NCBI RefSeq assembly: GCF_037042905.1
Contig: NC_087245.1
Span: 42,286,001-42,350,000, forward strand
DNA: 64,000 nt
DNA from: Lytechinus pictus
Taxonomy: Eukaryota
Direction of reading: 5' to 3'
Part shown: positions 9,121-21,710 of the stretch, in pieces
Numbering within the stretch: position 1 is the stretch's first letter
How the letters are laid out: each line of letters opens with the position of its first letter
The notes under the pieces: model-generated
The model's database searches: none
Seen by the model: only the letters and a program-made list of their open reading frames with translations
Told to the model about the DNA's origin: nothing
Made by a program: the position numbers and the translations under genes

Positions 9121-12100
9121 AGGAGATCATGTACATGTAGTACACTTGTATTGACTATTGAATTGAATTATAGAAATTACTGTAATCATTGAAATTATAA
9201 ATAATGAGGAGAAAATTAAAATATTTTAATATTTTGTATGATTGAATATAAAAGAAGAGTGAGTGGGTAATTTCATTGGCTCTCTCATTCGCATAACAAC
9301 CAAGGCCAGGATGTCCATTTATATTTGTGAAATAAGCAGAAATTCAAACGGTCTTTAATATTTCTCATATTTCATATTCCATTTTTTATTTATGTTTTGT
9401 ATGTTTCCACTTTAATAATATTCAAATCAAGTATTGAAATGGACCATTGAATACTCAAAGCACCACCTCTTCCACTATCAAGCAAATGTTCTTTTATAAA
9501 GTCACTTGACATCAAACCATCAAATTCCTTGTTTTGTTTCCAATAACAAGCATGCTGTTCACAATACCACTTGTTCCTCGCTGTTTGTCCATTCATTCAC
9601 TCACTCACTCATTCCAAATTCTATCTGACATAATCATACACCATAAACACGCGGACACACACCCCTTTCCCAGTACAGGTAAATGTGTTCTTCACATGTG
9701 ATTCCTCTCCTAATCGCTTTGTGTACATGTGATCATAGTAAGCTGGTGATAAAAGGAGGTCAAAGTGTGGGCTGTGACCAAATGCTGGCCTCTGATTGGT
9801 CAATCAATATGGGCCCACTCTAATCTCTGGAGCTGGAGACACACCTCCATAACAAATACATCAAAGGCATGGAGCATCTTTTGTGTCAAGCTTTTTGTCA
9901 TTCTATTGCTGTATATAGGAATCTAATCAAGCATGTTAATCACCCTGTGAAAATTCACCAGCAGATCTACAGCCAGTTTGTCAACTCCACACTGAAAACA
10001 TTCACAATCGAATATAAATTGATAATAGAAAAAATTGTGTGAAGCATTGTATAATTCAGGCAAAATATGTTGTGGTCTGAAAAAATGCACAAATATGAGG
10101 AAGTGACAGTTAGTTTTTACAAATAAAGAATCAAATATTTCTTCCCCAAAAAACCCCCAAAGGCTTTGAGATCTCATTGTTACTGTACATGTACAATTCT
10201 CATTGCTCCAATTTTGACTTTGAATCTACAATGTGTAAATTTGCTGACAAGTAAGCTATTTGACTGTTGTAGTTTCCCTTTAAGGGCATTCATTCAAAAA
10301 TGAAAATTTAGGCCAAATGCCTTTTCTGGTATTTTTAAAAAATGTTTTGGGGTAAAGGACAGACTGATAAAGGTTACAAAAACAAAAACTTGTTATCATT
10401 ATCCAAGGGCTCTAAAATGTATTCAATATTATGACTATAAATTCCTGAGCAAATTAGTCAGAAATAAAGAGAAATTGTATTTCTATATGTTTTATGGGCA
10501 ATTAATTGCATTTAGGGATTTGCATTCAATGAAAAAAAAAGGAAAATGTAAACCTTCATGTAAACAAAAATCTGTAGTAAAAAATCCAAGTGTTACTGTT
10601 TGCTGTTGTAAAATTCACAGTGTAGGAAAATGTACATTTCATTCGAAAATACAGAGCTGATATCAATCATACCATGGCTACAGGCCTTTCAGTACTAATG
10701 CTATGCATTACAAACAACAGAAAAAATAACAATTTATTTCATTTCAATAAACATCAATTATTTTTTTCATTCATAAGAAATTGGGGGGGGGGGGGCTAGG
10801 GGTTCAGGTTGTGCCCATGGAAAATATTCTAGGTATATTATTGGTTGTTGTGCTATAGTCCTTTATTATGACTTAAGAAATAAGATTTGATTTGATTTGA
10901 TTTATTTATTTCCACATTCCAAAAAAAGCATATACAAGTGTAATCATTTTTTTTCTTAGCATAACATAATAAGCAAATGATATAATTAATAACATATGCA
11001 TAATATACAATCTAATTGAAATATACTTATACCTGATAAATTTCTTCTTTTTTTATTGTTAAAAAAAAATAGCAGAAAAAAAAAAATATATACATATATC
11101 AACAATAATACATTTTGAAATGTGGGAGACCTTCATCTTAAGCTTAGCGCTTGAAATTGATAAAGGCCTCAAAAGGAAAGGGGAAGGAAAATCAGACAAA
11201 TAGTGCAATAAAAGAGACTTATCTTTTATTGCACAAAATAATAGAAATATTACCAAAAAAGTAGATAGGGAAAGAAAAATTAAAATGAGGAAGTTATAAT
11301 CATGTTGATAAAAAAGATCATACCATGTACCCTGTAAAAAGAAGATGTGTGCATACAAAATGGTAACATTTGACTCATTGGGTCATTACATAATATTACA
11401 TATGATGAAACTTGCAGTGTATTGGTTTTATTGGTAGTCTGTAATTTTAAGACCATTATTCATCAATTGAAGAATTTTCAGGCTATTTTAATGCAGGTCT
11501 GTGTACATTTAGGCCCAGGCCCTATAGTCTTTGGTAGTGTTATTTGTCTGTTATTACAGGAATAAATGCTAAAACAGTGAAAGTTACAACCGAAAGCTAT
11601 TCCGAAAGATTGCCATCGTCACTATCCCAAACCAAGAACAATCGCAAGGTGAAGGATATTGATCTATGTACAAGTTGAAGGGCTGTGTGATCTAGTCTAG
11701 ACCTGGTCTTGCTAAAGGAGGTTACGTCATGTCTTTTGTTAATAGCTTTGTATTGATCGGATGATTCTCCTTTGTTTGTGTGTAGGGGCCATTTCCCTCC
11801 AGGGTCGGGCTGATCACCCTGTTTCATAATCCCATTTCCCGCGTTGAGATGCCCCCAACTTGAATTGATTATTGATTTTTGTTTGAAGGAGGGAGAAGAT
11901 CTTTGAAGTTTTCTAATATTGGACGGTCACTCTTAGGGCTCTGTGCACCATTAGGGTTTCTTGATAAGTCCAGTTGTTTGGTACTACATGTACTTCGAGG
12001 TTGAAAATGAGATACAATGTTTTTGTTTTGTTTTTATTTTTATTTTGTGTATTTTAGAAATTTTTATAAGTGTGTGGACTATGACTGTGTTGAATAGGGC

Positions 12101-12960
12101 CTAGGGACAGTGATTTTACGTTTTACCTGTAAATAAAACGGAAAATCTGTTTGGTTCTTATACTTTTCATGTAAAAATTCATGGAATTCACCTTTCCAAG
12201 ACAATTCAGGTTTCTGCTGTGTACATTTTCAATGACAAAATGGAATTTCCATTTTTAGATCAAGTTGAAATGGAAAATATTCCACGGTTACTCACGTTAC
12301 ATTGGGAGACACCTTGACTCATACTTGGAGCTGTAACTCCATTATTATCGATAGGAACTAAACATCTCTTTATCACAACATAGTAGGCAGTCTAACTATC
12401 CTTTGTATAAAAACAAAACTTGAGAAATTTCATTATGCTCCTGGCAAATCTTTGAAATGTGTTGGTTACTCATGTTACATGATTTGGACATGCATAAAAT
12501 GAAAAGTGTCCTCATGCAAGGCTTTTATGAAAGTTGATTATATCCATTTCAAAGAAGTATATTAGGGAGACAAATTTGTATATAATTAAAAAAATAAAGA
12601 ACACATGGTTTTTACAAGGGGTGCAGATAAAGTGGTTACTCACGTTACGATTCAGATGGGCTATATGTACAAAGACACATTGAGCTCATGTCCACCAACC
12701 TATGGAATTGCCCAATTGCATATTTTTAGAAACAGAAAAGACCACTACGTATGTAATTTCATTCATTCAAAAAAATTGAAGCATTGCTCATAAAAAAAGA
12801 AAGAAGTGAACTGTGTTACCCCAACGCAATAGATATGAAAAAAATCATTTTGATAATAGACAACAAAATAGTAAAAATCACAAGATAAAGGACACTAAAG
12901 CATTATACACTATATTAATTGAATTTATAGCTATTGTTAATGTTTGCATTTGGAGGACCA

Positions 12961-13670
12961 TTTTTGTCTCGCCTGCATAGCAGAGCGAGACTATAGGCGC
13001 CGCTTTTCTGACGGCGGCGGTGGCGGCGTCAACATCAAATCTTAACCTAAGGTTAAGTTTTTGAAATGACATCATAACTTAGAAAGTCTATGGACCTAGT
13101 TCATGAAACATGGACATAAGGTTAATCAAGTATTACTGAACATCCTGCCTGAGTTTCAGGTCACATGACCAAGGTCAAAGGTCATTTAGGGTCAATGAAC
13201 TTTGACCATGTTGGGAGAATTATTTTCAAAATCTTAACCGAAGGTTAAGTTTTAGAAATGACATCATAAAAAGTATATGGACCTAGTTCATGAAACTTGG
13301 GCATAAGGTTAATCAAGTATAAGTGAACATTCTGCTTGAGTTTCAGGTCACGTGATCAATGTCAAAGGTCATTTAGGGTCAATGAACTTTGGTCAAGTTG
13401 GGGGTATTTGTTGAATTACTATCATAACGATTTGAAAATTTATGGATCTAGTTCATGAAACTTGGACATAAGGTTAATCAAGTATTAGTGAACATCCTTC
13501 CTGAGTTTCAGGTCACATGACCAAGGTCAAAGGTCATTTAGGGTCAATGAACTTTGGCCAAGTTGGGGGTATTTGTTGAATTACCATCATAACTTTGAAA
13601 ATTTATAGATCTAGTTCATGAAACTTGGACATAATAGTAATTAAGTATTACTGAAGGCGTTCCACTTGTT
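12961..13670 (+). mobile_element. HINE/DINE-1-like element, copy 2
   Basis: Same 5' hairpin, GGC microsatellite, core repeats and 3' ttccacttgtt as copy 1. The 3' subterminal IR is deleted. Confidence 0.8.
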
Positions 13671-13815
13671 GTTTCTAAGGATTAAATGGAGATGGAGAGC
13701 ATGCCATGTAGAACTTTCTGATCATAACTCCACGGTGTGTAGATATTGTCCATGTTTTTTTTTATATATAGGGTCTATGCTAGTAGTGTTTGATATATTT
13801 GAGTTCTATGCTTAA

Positions 13816-14868
13816 AGGTCAAGTCCACCTCATAAAAATGTTGATTTGAATCAATAAGCCAGTTCACGCTTAGCTCATGATAAACTTTTCTCAAATGACC
13901 TTTGTGATTTTTCATTAGGATAAGCACTATCATTTTCAAATGTAGATGTTGTGTAAGCTTTACGGTAGAGTATTCAAATTCTAAGAACAAAAGGCATTGT
14001 ATAGACCAGATGACTAGAATAGTACATCAGGGATAAAGTTTGGAAATCTGTTTTATTGTCTGCCTTTGGCACATTTGACTATTGTTTAGGCTACTGTCAA
14101 ATACCAGTGATTATAAAGGCTCTATTTATTACCGTACTCTTCAGCTTGGATGTGATAAAATGAAAATTTTGAAAGAAATACATGAATAATCATCAAATCA
14201 CAAATGCCTATGTCAGTGAATTTGAAAGCCACCTTCATGGTTTATCTCAAATGACCTTTTTCTGCTTGTGCGCAGTTTACAATCGTGAACAGGCTTATAG
14301 AGAAAAATCAGACAAGCATAATGCTCAAAATTTCATCAAAATTGGATGTAAAATAAGAAAGTTATGACATTTCAAAGTTTCGCTCATTTTTCACAAAATA
14401 GTTATATGCTTAATTTAGTCACATGCAAATGAGAGAATCGATGATGTCCCTCGCTCACTATTTCTTTTGTTTTTTATTGTTCGAATTATACATTATTTCA
14501 ATTTTTGCAGATTTGACAACAAGGACCAACTTGACTGAACCATAAAATGTTAAGCAATGGTAATTCAACATGTTCAGGGAGAAATCAAACTTTGTTTCAC
14601 AGGACAATGAGGGGGAAATTAGAATAGTTCAAATTTCATTTAATAAAATACAAAAGAAATAGTGAGTGAGTGATGTCATCAGTTCCCTCATTTGCATATC
14701 GACCGGGATGTGCATATAACTGTTACCGGGTATGTGAAATTAAGCGAAACTTCAAAGTGTCATAACTTTCTTATTTTACATCCGATTTTGATGAAAATTT
14801 CAGTGTTATGCATGTTGGATTTTTCTCTTTTTATTCAAACCAAAGTTTTGTTGGGGTGGACTTGTCCT
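13816..14868. mobile_element. Kolobok-like MITE family B, interrupted by a ~440-bp TIR element (about 13856-14296)
   Basis: TTAA|AGGTCAAGTCCACC ... GGTGGACTTGTCCT|TTAA. The insert is bounded by aagccagttcacg / cgtgaacaggctt and is absent from the related copy at 24599-25160. Confidence 0.8.
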
Positions 14869-15517
14869 TTAAGTTTGACTCTGATTGAATCAATATTAAA
14901 TCAAATTTCTAGGAGGTAAGATGAAATTTTCTAATTTTATATCCAGATGTAGTACTGGTGAACATGTCTGTCATTGCCATGCCTTATATGCATCTTGGCA
15001 GTACAGTCGGCCCTATACCGTAATTATAAAGCAATAAATACTTTCTTCATACCTGATGAAGTAAACACATGTCTTTATTTGGTATACCAGACTTCACCCA
15101 ATAGTTCAGGTAATCTACCTTGGGAAAAAATAATTAGATTATCTTTTTTTTTTCATTTTCCTTGATGATTTATACATGTATCAGTTTCTTCCACTTGCAT
15201 TTGAAACTAAGATTCTCAATCTACATGTACATACTACCGGTATTGGTTATGTACAGTGCAAAGGATACTCTTAATCAGATATTTTTGGGCACATGACTGA
15301 TACAGTACTTGGATAAATTGTATCTGGCTCAAATCCAAGTTCATTATACATAATGATAATGTACATTTTTATAAAATACTAATAATTTAGACTTCACTTT
15401 ATATATATAAAGGTATTTATTCAAATGGGAAGCTGGTAAATATTAAGACATGGTCACATGACAACTTTGACACAGTATTACCATGGATATACATGTACAA
15501 GCACTTTTTCCATCATA

Positions 15518-18500
15518 TGTGACTCGTCACACCGAAATGAGAGACAAGTCGGAATTTTTCAAATCCAATTTTTTTAGTGATGATTATTCCCCGTTTCTTT
15601 ACCTTTAATTTGATGTATCACTCGACCCTTAAGAGTAAATATTAGTGGAGATATTAGCCTTAGAATGCAGGAAGAATTGGGCTCTTGGAAATCAAAATCA
15701 AGAGAAAAACGCTTTTGAAGTTTGACTTCCGTTTTCACTCCATACCAGGAAAAAGTCTACTTTGTCACCGCTATGCTAACCGAAATGCCCTAGCAACCGC
15801 TTGCCAAAATAGTGAAACGATTGACCAATGAGGAGGCTTCAACCGTGCCGCTGCGCTGAGAACAGTAGTCAAATAGGGCACGTGCGATCGCGGCAAGCAA
15901 GACAACGGCAATTTTACATTTTGTTTTAATATCCGTGATTATACCAAGGAGGTTGTAGAAAGTTCTTGATTATACAAGTAATTGATATCTTTATCAAAGA
16001 AATGAAAATGTCATGTATGCTCTACCTAATTGTTGTAAGAAAAGGTCGGATATAAAACCATGGGGGGGGGGGGATTCCAATGGTTTCGTTGTGTCAACGT
16101 GTTATTTGAATGACAATCGCGTAAAGCGAGTCACTATGACTGCAATCACCGCATGGTCCAATTAAATTAAATATTCTTGTAAAATAGTTAATGTCTTTGT
16201 TTTCTATAAATATGAACCTGTTATAATGGAGATACATGTAGGCCATCATTTTTTAATTTTTCCCTTACAAATTTACGTTTTATGAATGCTTATATTATTG
16301 AGACAGTGGGAATAATTTACTCGATCTTGTCTCTTATAGATCAAACGTGTTATCAGGTATATCATGTGTTTGCTCTACTCTGTTGTATGATATCAAAGCA
16401 TATACTGTTATATAAAAAAAATCAAGCTCATGTTATTAAATGTTTCGTCATGTTCATTATGCGCCTCTAAAAATCCCTGCCTTTGCCTCATTATTTCAGG
16501 AACACGCATTCTTGGTACACCGTTGTTGGGTCTTCCAAATCAACTTGCGAAAAATCTTCATTACTTGATAACAAAATATAGTTAAACTGTAGGGTATAAA
16601 ATATTTTCATTTTTAATACATGGTGTTATCATATTTAAAACAATAATAAGCATCATTTTATTCCATATTTACTGTAATTTTTCCTCCCTTGAAATGTCAT
16701 CACCAAACCAACACTATGGAGGCATAAGCTTTCTTCTGATACCTTACAAAGCTCCCAAAGCTTAGGATACTGTTTGTTGAAAAAAGAGGTTCAATTAAAG
16801 GGAATGAGACATCAAAGTATCCCTGTTAGACCCTGGACAATGGGGTAATCTCTCCCATTAAAATCCCCCATGAGTGGGCCCTTTTTATAACAAAGGAGTA
16901 TCAACATCCTGCTTTGGGGGGGATGAAAGGGAAAATCACAGGGATTTTTTCTTCTTTCTTTTGTTGCAGTGTTTGAATAAAGAGAACTTAATTGATCTGT
17001 AATATTTCAATAATAGTTTACTGTAATGTGTATCACCCATGCATAACAAATAATGTAACGCAACTGTTGCATAAGCGGATCTAGGGGGACCGATGCCCCC
17101 CCCCCATTGGTGGCGAAAATAAGGGGAAAAGAGGGAAAGAAAGAAAAAGGGGATAAGTACATAGGAGGGAAAAGGAAGAGGAAATACACACTGTAAGAGG
17201 AGGAAAACGAGTGAATAAAATAAGGTCGGGGGAGATATTTCAGTTCGGACATCGGGCTTTCATTTTTTGTTTTGATATACAAATTGACTTTTTAAAATGC
17301 TTTGTAAAATGTCCGTTTTATACCGTGTGAATATCCAAAAAAAGATTAAAGCAGGTGAAGAACGAAAAACAGACATTAGAAAGAGTAACGAAAGGCAGAA
17401 GAAAAAAGGAGGAAAGTGAAAAGAAGAGGAATAAGACGGAGATGGTAAGCAAAGGGAAAGCCAAGACAAATGGCTCGAAACGGGCAAAAAGGATAAACGG
17501 GGAAGAAATAAAAAACATAAAGAGGAACAAAAGGCAAAAGAAAATAAGAAAAGGAAAAAGAAGAGAATAAGACGGAGGGATAAGAAAGGGAAAGGGAGAA
17601 GGAAAGAAGGACGAAACCACGGGGGGGGGGGGGAGATCGAAGTGGGCAAAGAATGAAAAACAGAGAAATGTAAAGAGGAACGAAAGAAAGAACCAAAACA
17701 GGGATGATAAAGAAGGGGAAACAAATAAATAATTTTAAAGAGAGAGGGAGAAAACACCGAAGGAGAAGACAGAACGAAAGGGGAGAGGAAAAGAAAGAAC
17801 ATAATAAATAAGAGATAAATGATGTAAAGAAGGATGGAGAGAAGAAAGGTAGACAAAAGATAGGGGATATAATAAAGTGTAAACAATCATAATGCACTTT
17901 TTAAGTGAAACCTGATTGTACGTGACAATAGATTTTGAAAGTAAGTTTAGTGCAATTCACGTATATTGTTTATTCAGGGGACGCGGAATTGTTTTGAAAG
18001 TGAGGGGGCTGAGCCAAAAATGGGGGTGGGGGGCTGACCATGCAAAAAATCTTAACAAGTTGGTAATTGTTACGTTACAAACAAAAAAGTGAGGGGGCTG
18101 AAGCCCCCGCAGCAGCCCCCTTCCCCTGTTTTCGCGGCCCCTGTAAATGACTAATTATGAAATAACGTTGTACGACCTGTATACTCCAGTTCTCCGAAAA
18201 TATAAACATTTATTACTTTAAGAAACTGGTCGGTACGGGCCATTTTTCATTGGCGTACATTTGTGAATAATATGCTTCTCTTTTTGTTTATACATTTCTT
18301 TCACTATATCTATCGTTCCTTCAAACTGCATGAGGAAAATGAGGAAAATTAAGGTTTTAATTATAAATTGTTTGAAATAATTAAGATCATATTGAAGGCC
18401 ACACAAGGTAAATAATAGCAATCATTTTTTAATCCTTTTTTAAAAATAATACTTTAGATCAACTCACATTCATAAAAAGTCAATACTTTTAAGGATTTGA

Positions 18501-19186
18501 ACAATTAGTTTCTTTGGAAAAAGCTATCTAATAAATTTCTTAATGAAAACATCTTGATCATAGGCCTATGATGAGAGAATCTGAAACACATGTTTTTGTT
18601 ATTTTCAATGAAAATTACCCGGGGAAAATAATCCTTACAAACACACCGTGCTTCGAAAACTCTGCGTTCTTGGCTTTTATTTCGCGATTATAGTTTGGCT
18701 AAATACTCTAGATAAGGTATTATTCCATCTCCTGGTCCCGTTTGTAAACTTTTGTCAAAAAGCATGCTTTTCAGAATACCTATTGAGCGCGATGTTTTTT
18801 TCTAAAACTGTATCCTGGACTTATCGATCGATCGAGCGAGCGCCTGGCCGCTGTTCATTTCAACATGTTCATGAATAGCCAATCAACAATGGCTTACGTT
18901 GCTAGGGGCGGAGCGTAGTATGGAGCGAAATTCGATCAAGTCGAGCATGCGGAGTGTCAGAAAAAGTTGCAACTGACCGAAAAAAACACTCGCGGAAAAA
19001 TGGCTTTTTTATCATTTTCCTGTTATCAATTTCACTCATCTTTTTAACAGAGTAAACATAAAACATTGAGAAGTCAGAAAATGAAAAAAATATATGTCAT
19101 AAAAAATTTGACCATTTTATTAGTTTGTCCATTTTCTAAGTGATTCAATCTGCGACTTGTCTCTCATTTCGGTATGATCTGTCACA
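15518..19186. mobile_element. 3.7-kb non-coding TIR element, superfamily unassigned
   Basis: TIR TGTGACtcgtcacACCGAAATGAGAGACAAGTCG / CGACTTGTCTCTCATTTCGGTatgatctGTCACA, with TA on both sides; no transposase ORF. Confidence 0.8.
17110..17880 (+). repeat. Long GA-rich low-complexity tract
   Basis: Almost purely purine plus strand; source of the ORF-track calls between 17260 and 17897. Confidence 0.8.
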
Positions 19187-21207
19187 TATTACAATACAAC
19201 TATTTATAGTTTTAGACTGATGCTCGTCAATGAGTTTTTTCCAAAATGTCCATTCATATCTATACATGATGTAGGTGTGTGCAGTTTCTGCCTGGAAATA
19301 CAGTCAATATTTGAGGTGGTTACACACTGGTACAGGCCTATAAGTTTAACTGGTACGTGTAATTTCCTTTATATGCCTTATCGCTTTCTGTTCTCAAATA
19401 CCTGATATCATGCATTCATTCTTTGTTGAATTCAGAAAAGGTAAGATATGATCATGGTTATTATTCCCAATTAAGCCTGATCAGAAAAGTAGTATTATAT
19501 CAGGGCTTGGTGCGTTTGAACGCTGTTATTATTATCATTCACAAGAATACAAAAACAACAACAAGAAAGCAGATATGCATCAATTGACTAATCCTTTCTG
19601 TAAACCCCTGTTTGTCAAATGAATCAGTCCATCTCATCACATGATATTGGCATGGTGTGTTGATGTGGGAGAGGGGCCTAGTCTCATAGTTAAACCCAAA
19701 TTGAAAAGTATTTTGTACATGTGACATTGGGCTAGCTGTATTTTTTTTTGCAACATGTACGATTTAATAGCACATGCAAACACCTTTCTAAAAATGATGT
19801 ACATGTACCTGTTATGTTATTTTTACAATCGATAAATTATACAAATTTGATGCAACATTGGTTTGTTTGAAAAAGAGAAGGCTTTGACAGAGACTAGGTA
19901 TGTGTGTGTAAGATCAGCTGATTGTGTGGTGTCATACTAGTATGTATGCATTGAACTTGTTGGGCATTACAGCTTGGCTGTGTGTAATGAGCAGGAACGA
20001 TACAACTTGTTTTGTACTAACTCGATTAACCAATGCTATCTATCTTGCAGAACTTAGTCCTTTGATAAATTTGCTGTTTTACAAATATTATATTCGAAGT
20101 AGAATCTGCCTGGATGTGAAAGTGGAACATATTCTTTGAACATGGTTCTGCCTCTTGGTCTTCTAGAGTTAGAAAGCTAGATCTAACAGTTAGATGAGTT
20201 TGGAATTGGTTTGAAGCTGGGCTGTTCGTGCTCTTGCAGTTGCACTTGATGTTGAAATACATATAGGGCCTAGATCTGATCGGATTTGTGAGAAATACAT
20301 AGCATACCTCTACAGCTTACAAGGAGATCCAGTGTAAATTCAGATCTATAGCTCTCGGCCTTGATCAATATTTTTGTCGGGAAGTCAACTCGAGGTACGT
20401 TACGTCAATGCATCCAAACCTTAACTAAATGCCAACTGTGGCTTTCGTTTCGGCCTCAAACAGTTCAAGAATACTGTCCAGGTATTCTCTGATCATGCTG
20501 ATTGGGAAATTTATTTACCCTGATCTACTATGATCAGAAAATACCAGGTATTTTTGACAGTGTGAAAGCAAATCAGAGTTATGAAGATCTACCCAAATAT
20601 CAGATGCTTTAATTGGACAAAAACAAAAATGCAGTTTTTAAAATCATATTATGTCAAACATGTCCCAAGGCAAGCATTTTTTAAGAACAGGAAAACTTGA
20701 CAATTGTAAAATTATTATTTTGTACTGAAATATGCTCTTCAGTCTTCACTGCTTATTCTGTTGTTGTTAATTGTGGTTTTTTAGCGTTAATGCAGCAGAA
20801 ATATTTATGCCATGTACATGTACGTTTAAATCTATAGCATTTTATTTGGTGTTTTGGATTTCTTCATACACATAGTAAAAACATAACATTTTATCAGAGG
20901 ACACTACAGGTACATGGCATCATTGAATACCGGTACCCTTCCACTTTGAATGAAAGTATCATCTTGGCAGCCCAGCTAGGGTACATTGAGCAGTACCAAG
21001 TATCCTGCAATAGGCTACCTACATGTAGAAGGGGTCATGACTGTGACCTGATTGTGAGTCCTCTACTTCCGGACAAAAAGAAAATAAGATAAATTGCATG
21101 CTATGGAAAGAATGATGAGGGAAATTACAATTACAAAAATGATAATATAAATCAAGAAGTATTGCAGTTAATTCTCAATACTCCCTTGCTGACATGTATC
21201 CCTACTG

Positions 21208-21710
21208 TATGGTAGGGGGTCCTAAAGCTACGCACCACTCATCGCGCATACAGTTTTTATGGAAAATGCGCACTCTGTGTGTGGAACTGTGACTGCAGAG
21301 TGACGAAGGATTCCTATTCAATTTTTTCTACAGAGGCTGCAGTAAATCTCTAAATGCAGAGAAACCAACAACTGTTTGGAATTTTGGAGTTATATTCGCT
21401 TAAATTTCATTTTATCCTATAATAATATGAATATATTTTAGAAATTGAGGCACAGGAAATACTATTTTTTTGCATGATACATCGAGTGCGTAGCTGTAGG
21501 ACCCCTTCTACATCGGGTGGCGAAATCAAGAGGTGTTCGGAAAACACGGCGGGATTTTCGTATTAGTGAGTTTTGCGATATTTTCTTCTTGGTTATTGAT
21601 CTTTAGAATGTTTGCCACAAATTAGTGAAAGATATTTGTTGAAATATTAAAATTGGGATAGTTTTTATCGTTTGAAAACAAAGTGCGTAGCTTTAGGTCC
21701 CCCCATCATA
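21208..21710. mobile_element. MITE with ~30-bp TIRs
   Basis: tatggtagggggtcctaaagctacgcac / gtgcgtagctttaggtccccccatcata, with an internal copy of the terminal motif at about 21486-21505. Confidence 0.65.

Noticed and set aside
17260..17897. Hydrophobic 100-208-aa ORFs (also 8649-9145) as membrane proteins
   Set aside because: Products of GA/TC low-complexity sequence; open in several frames, with no splice or homology support.
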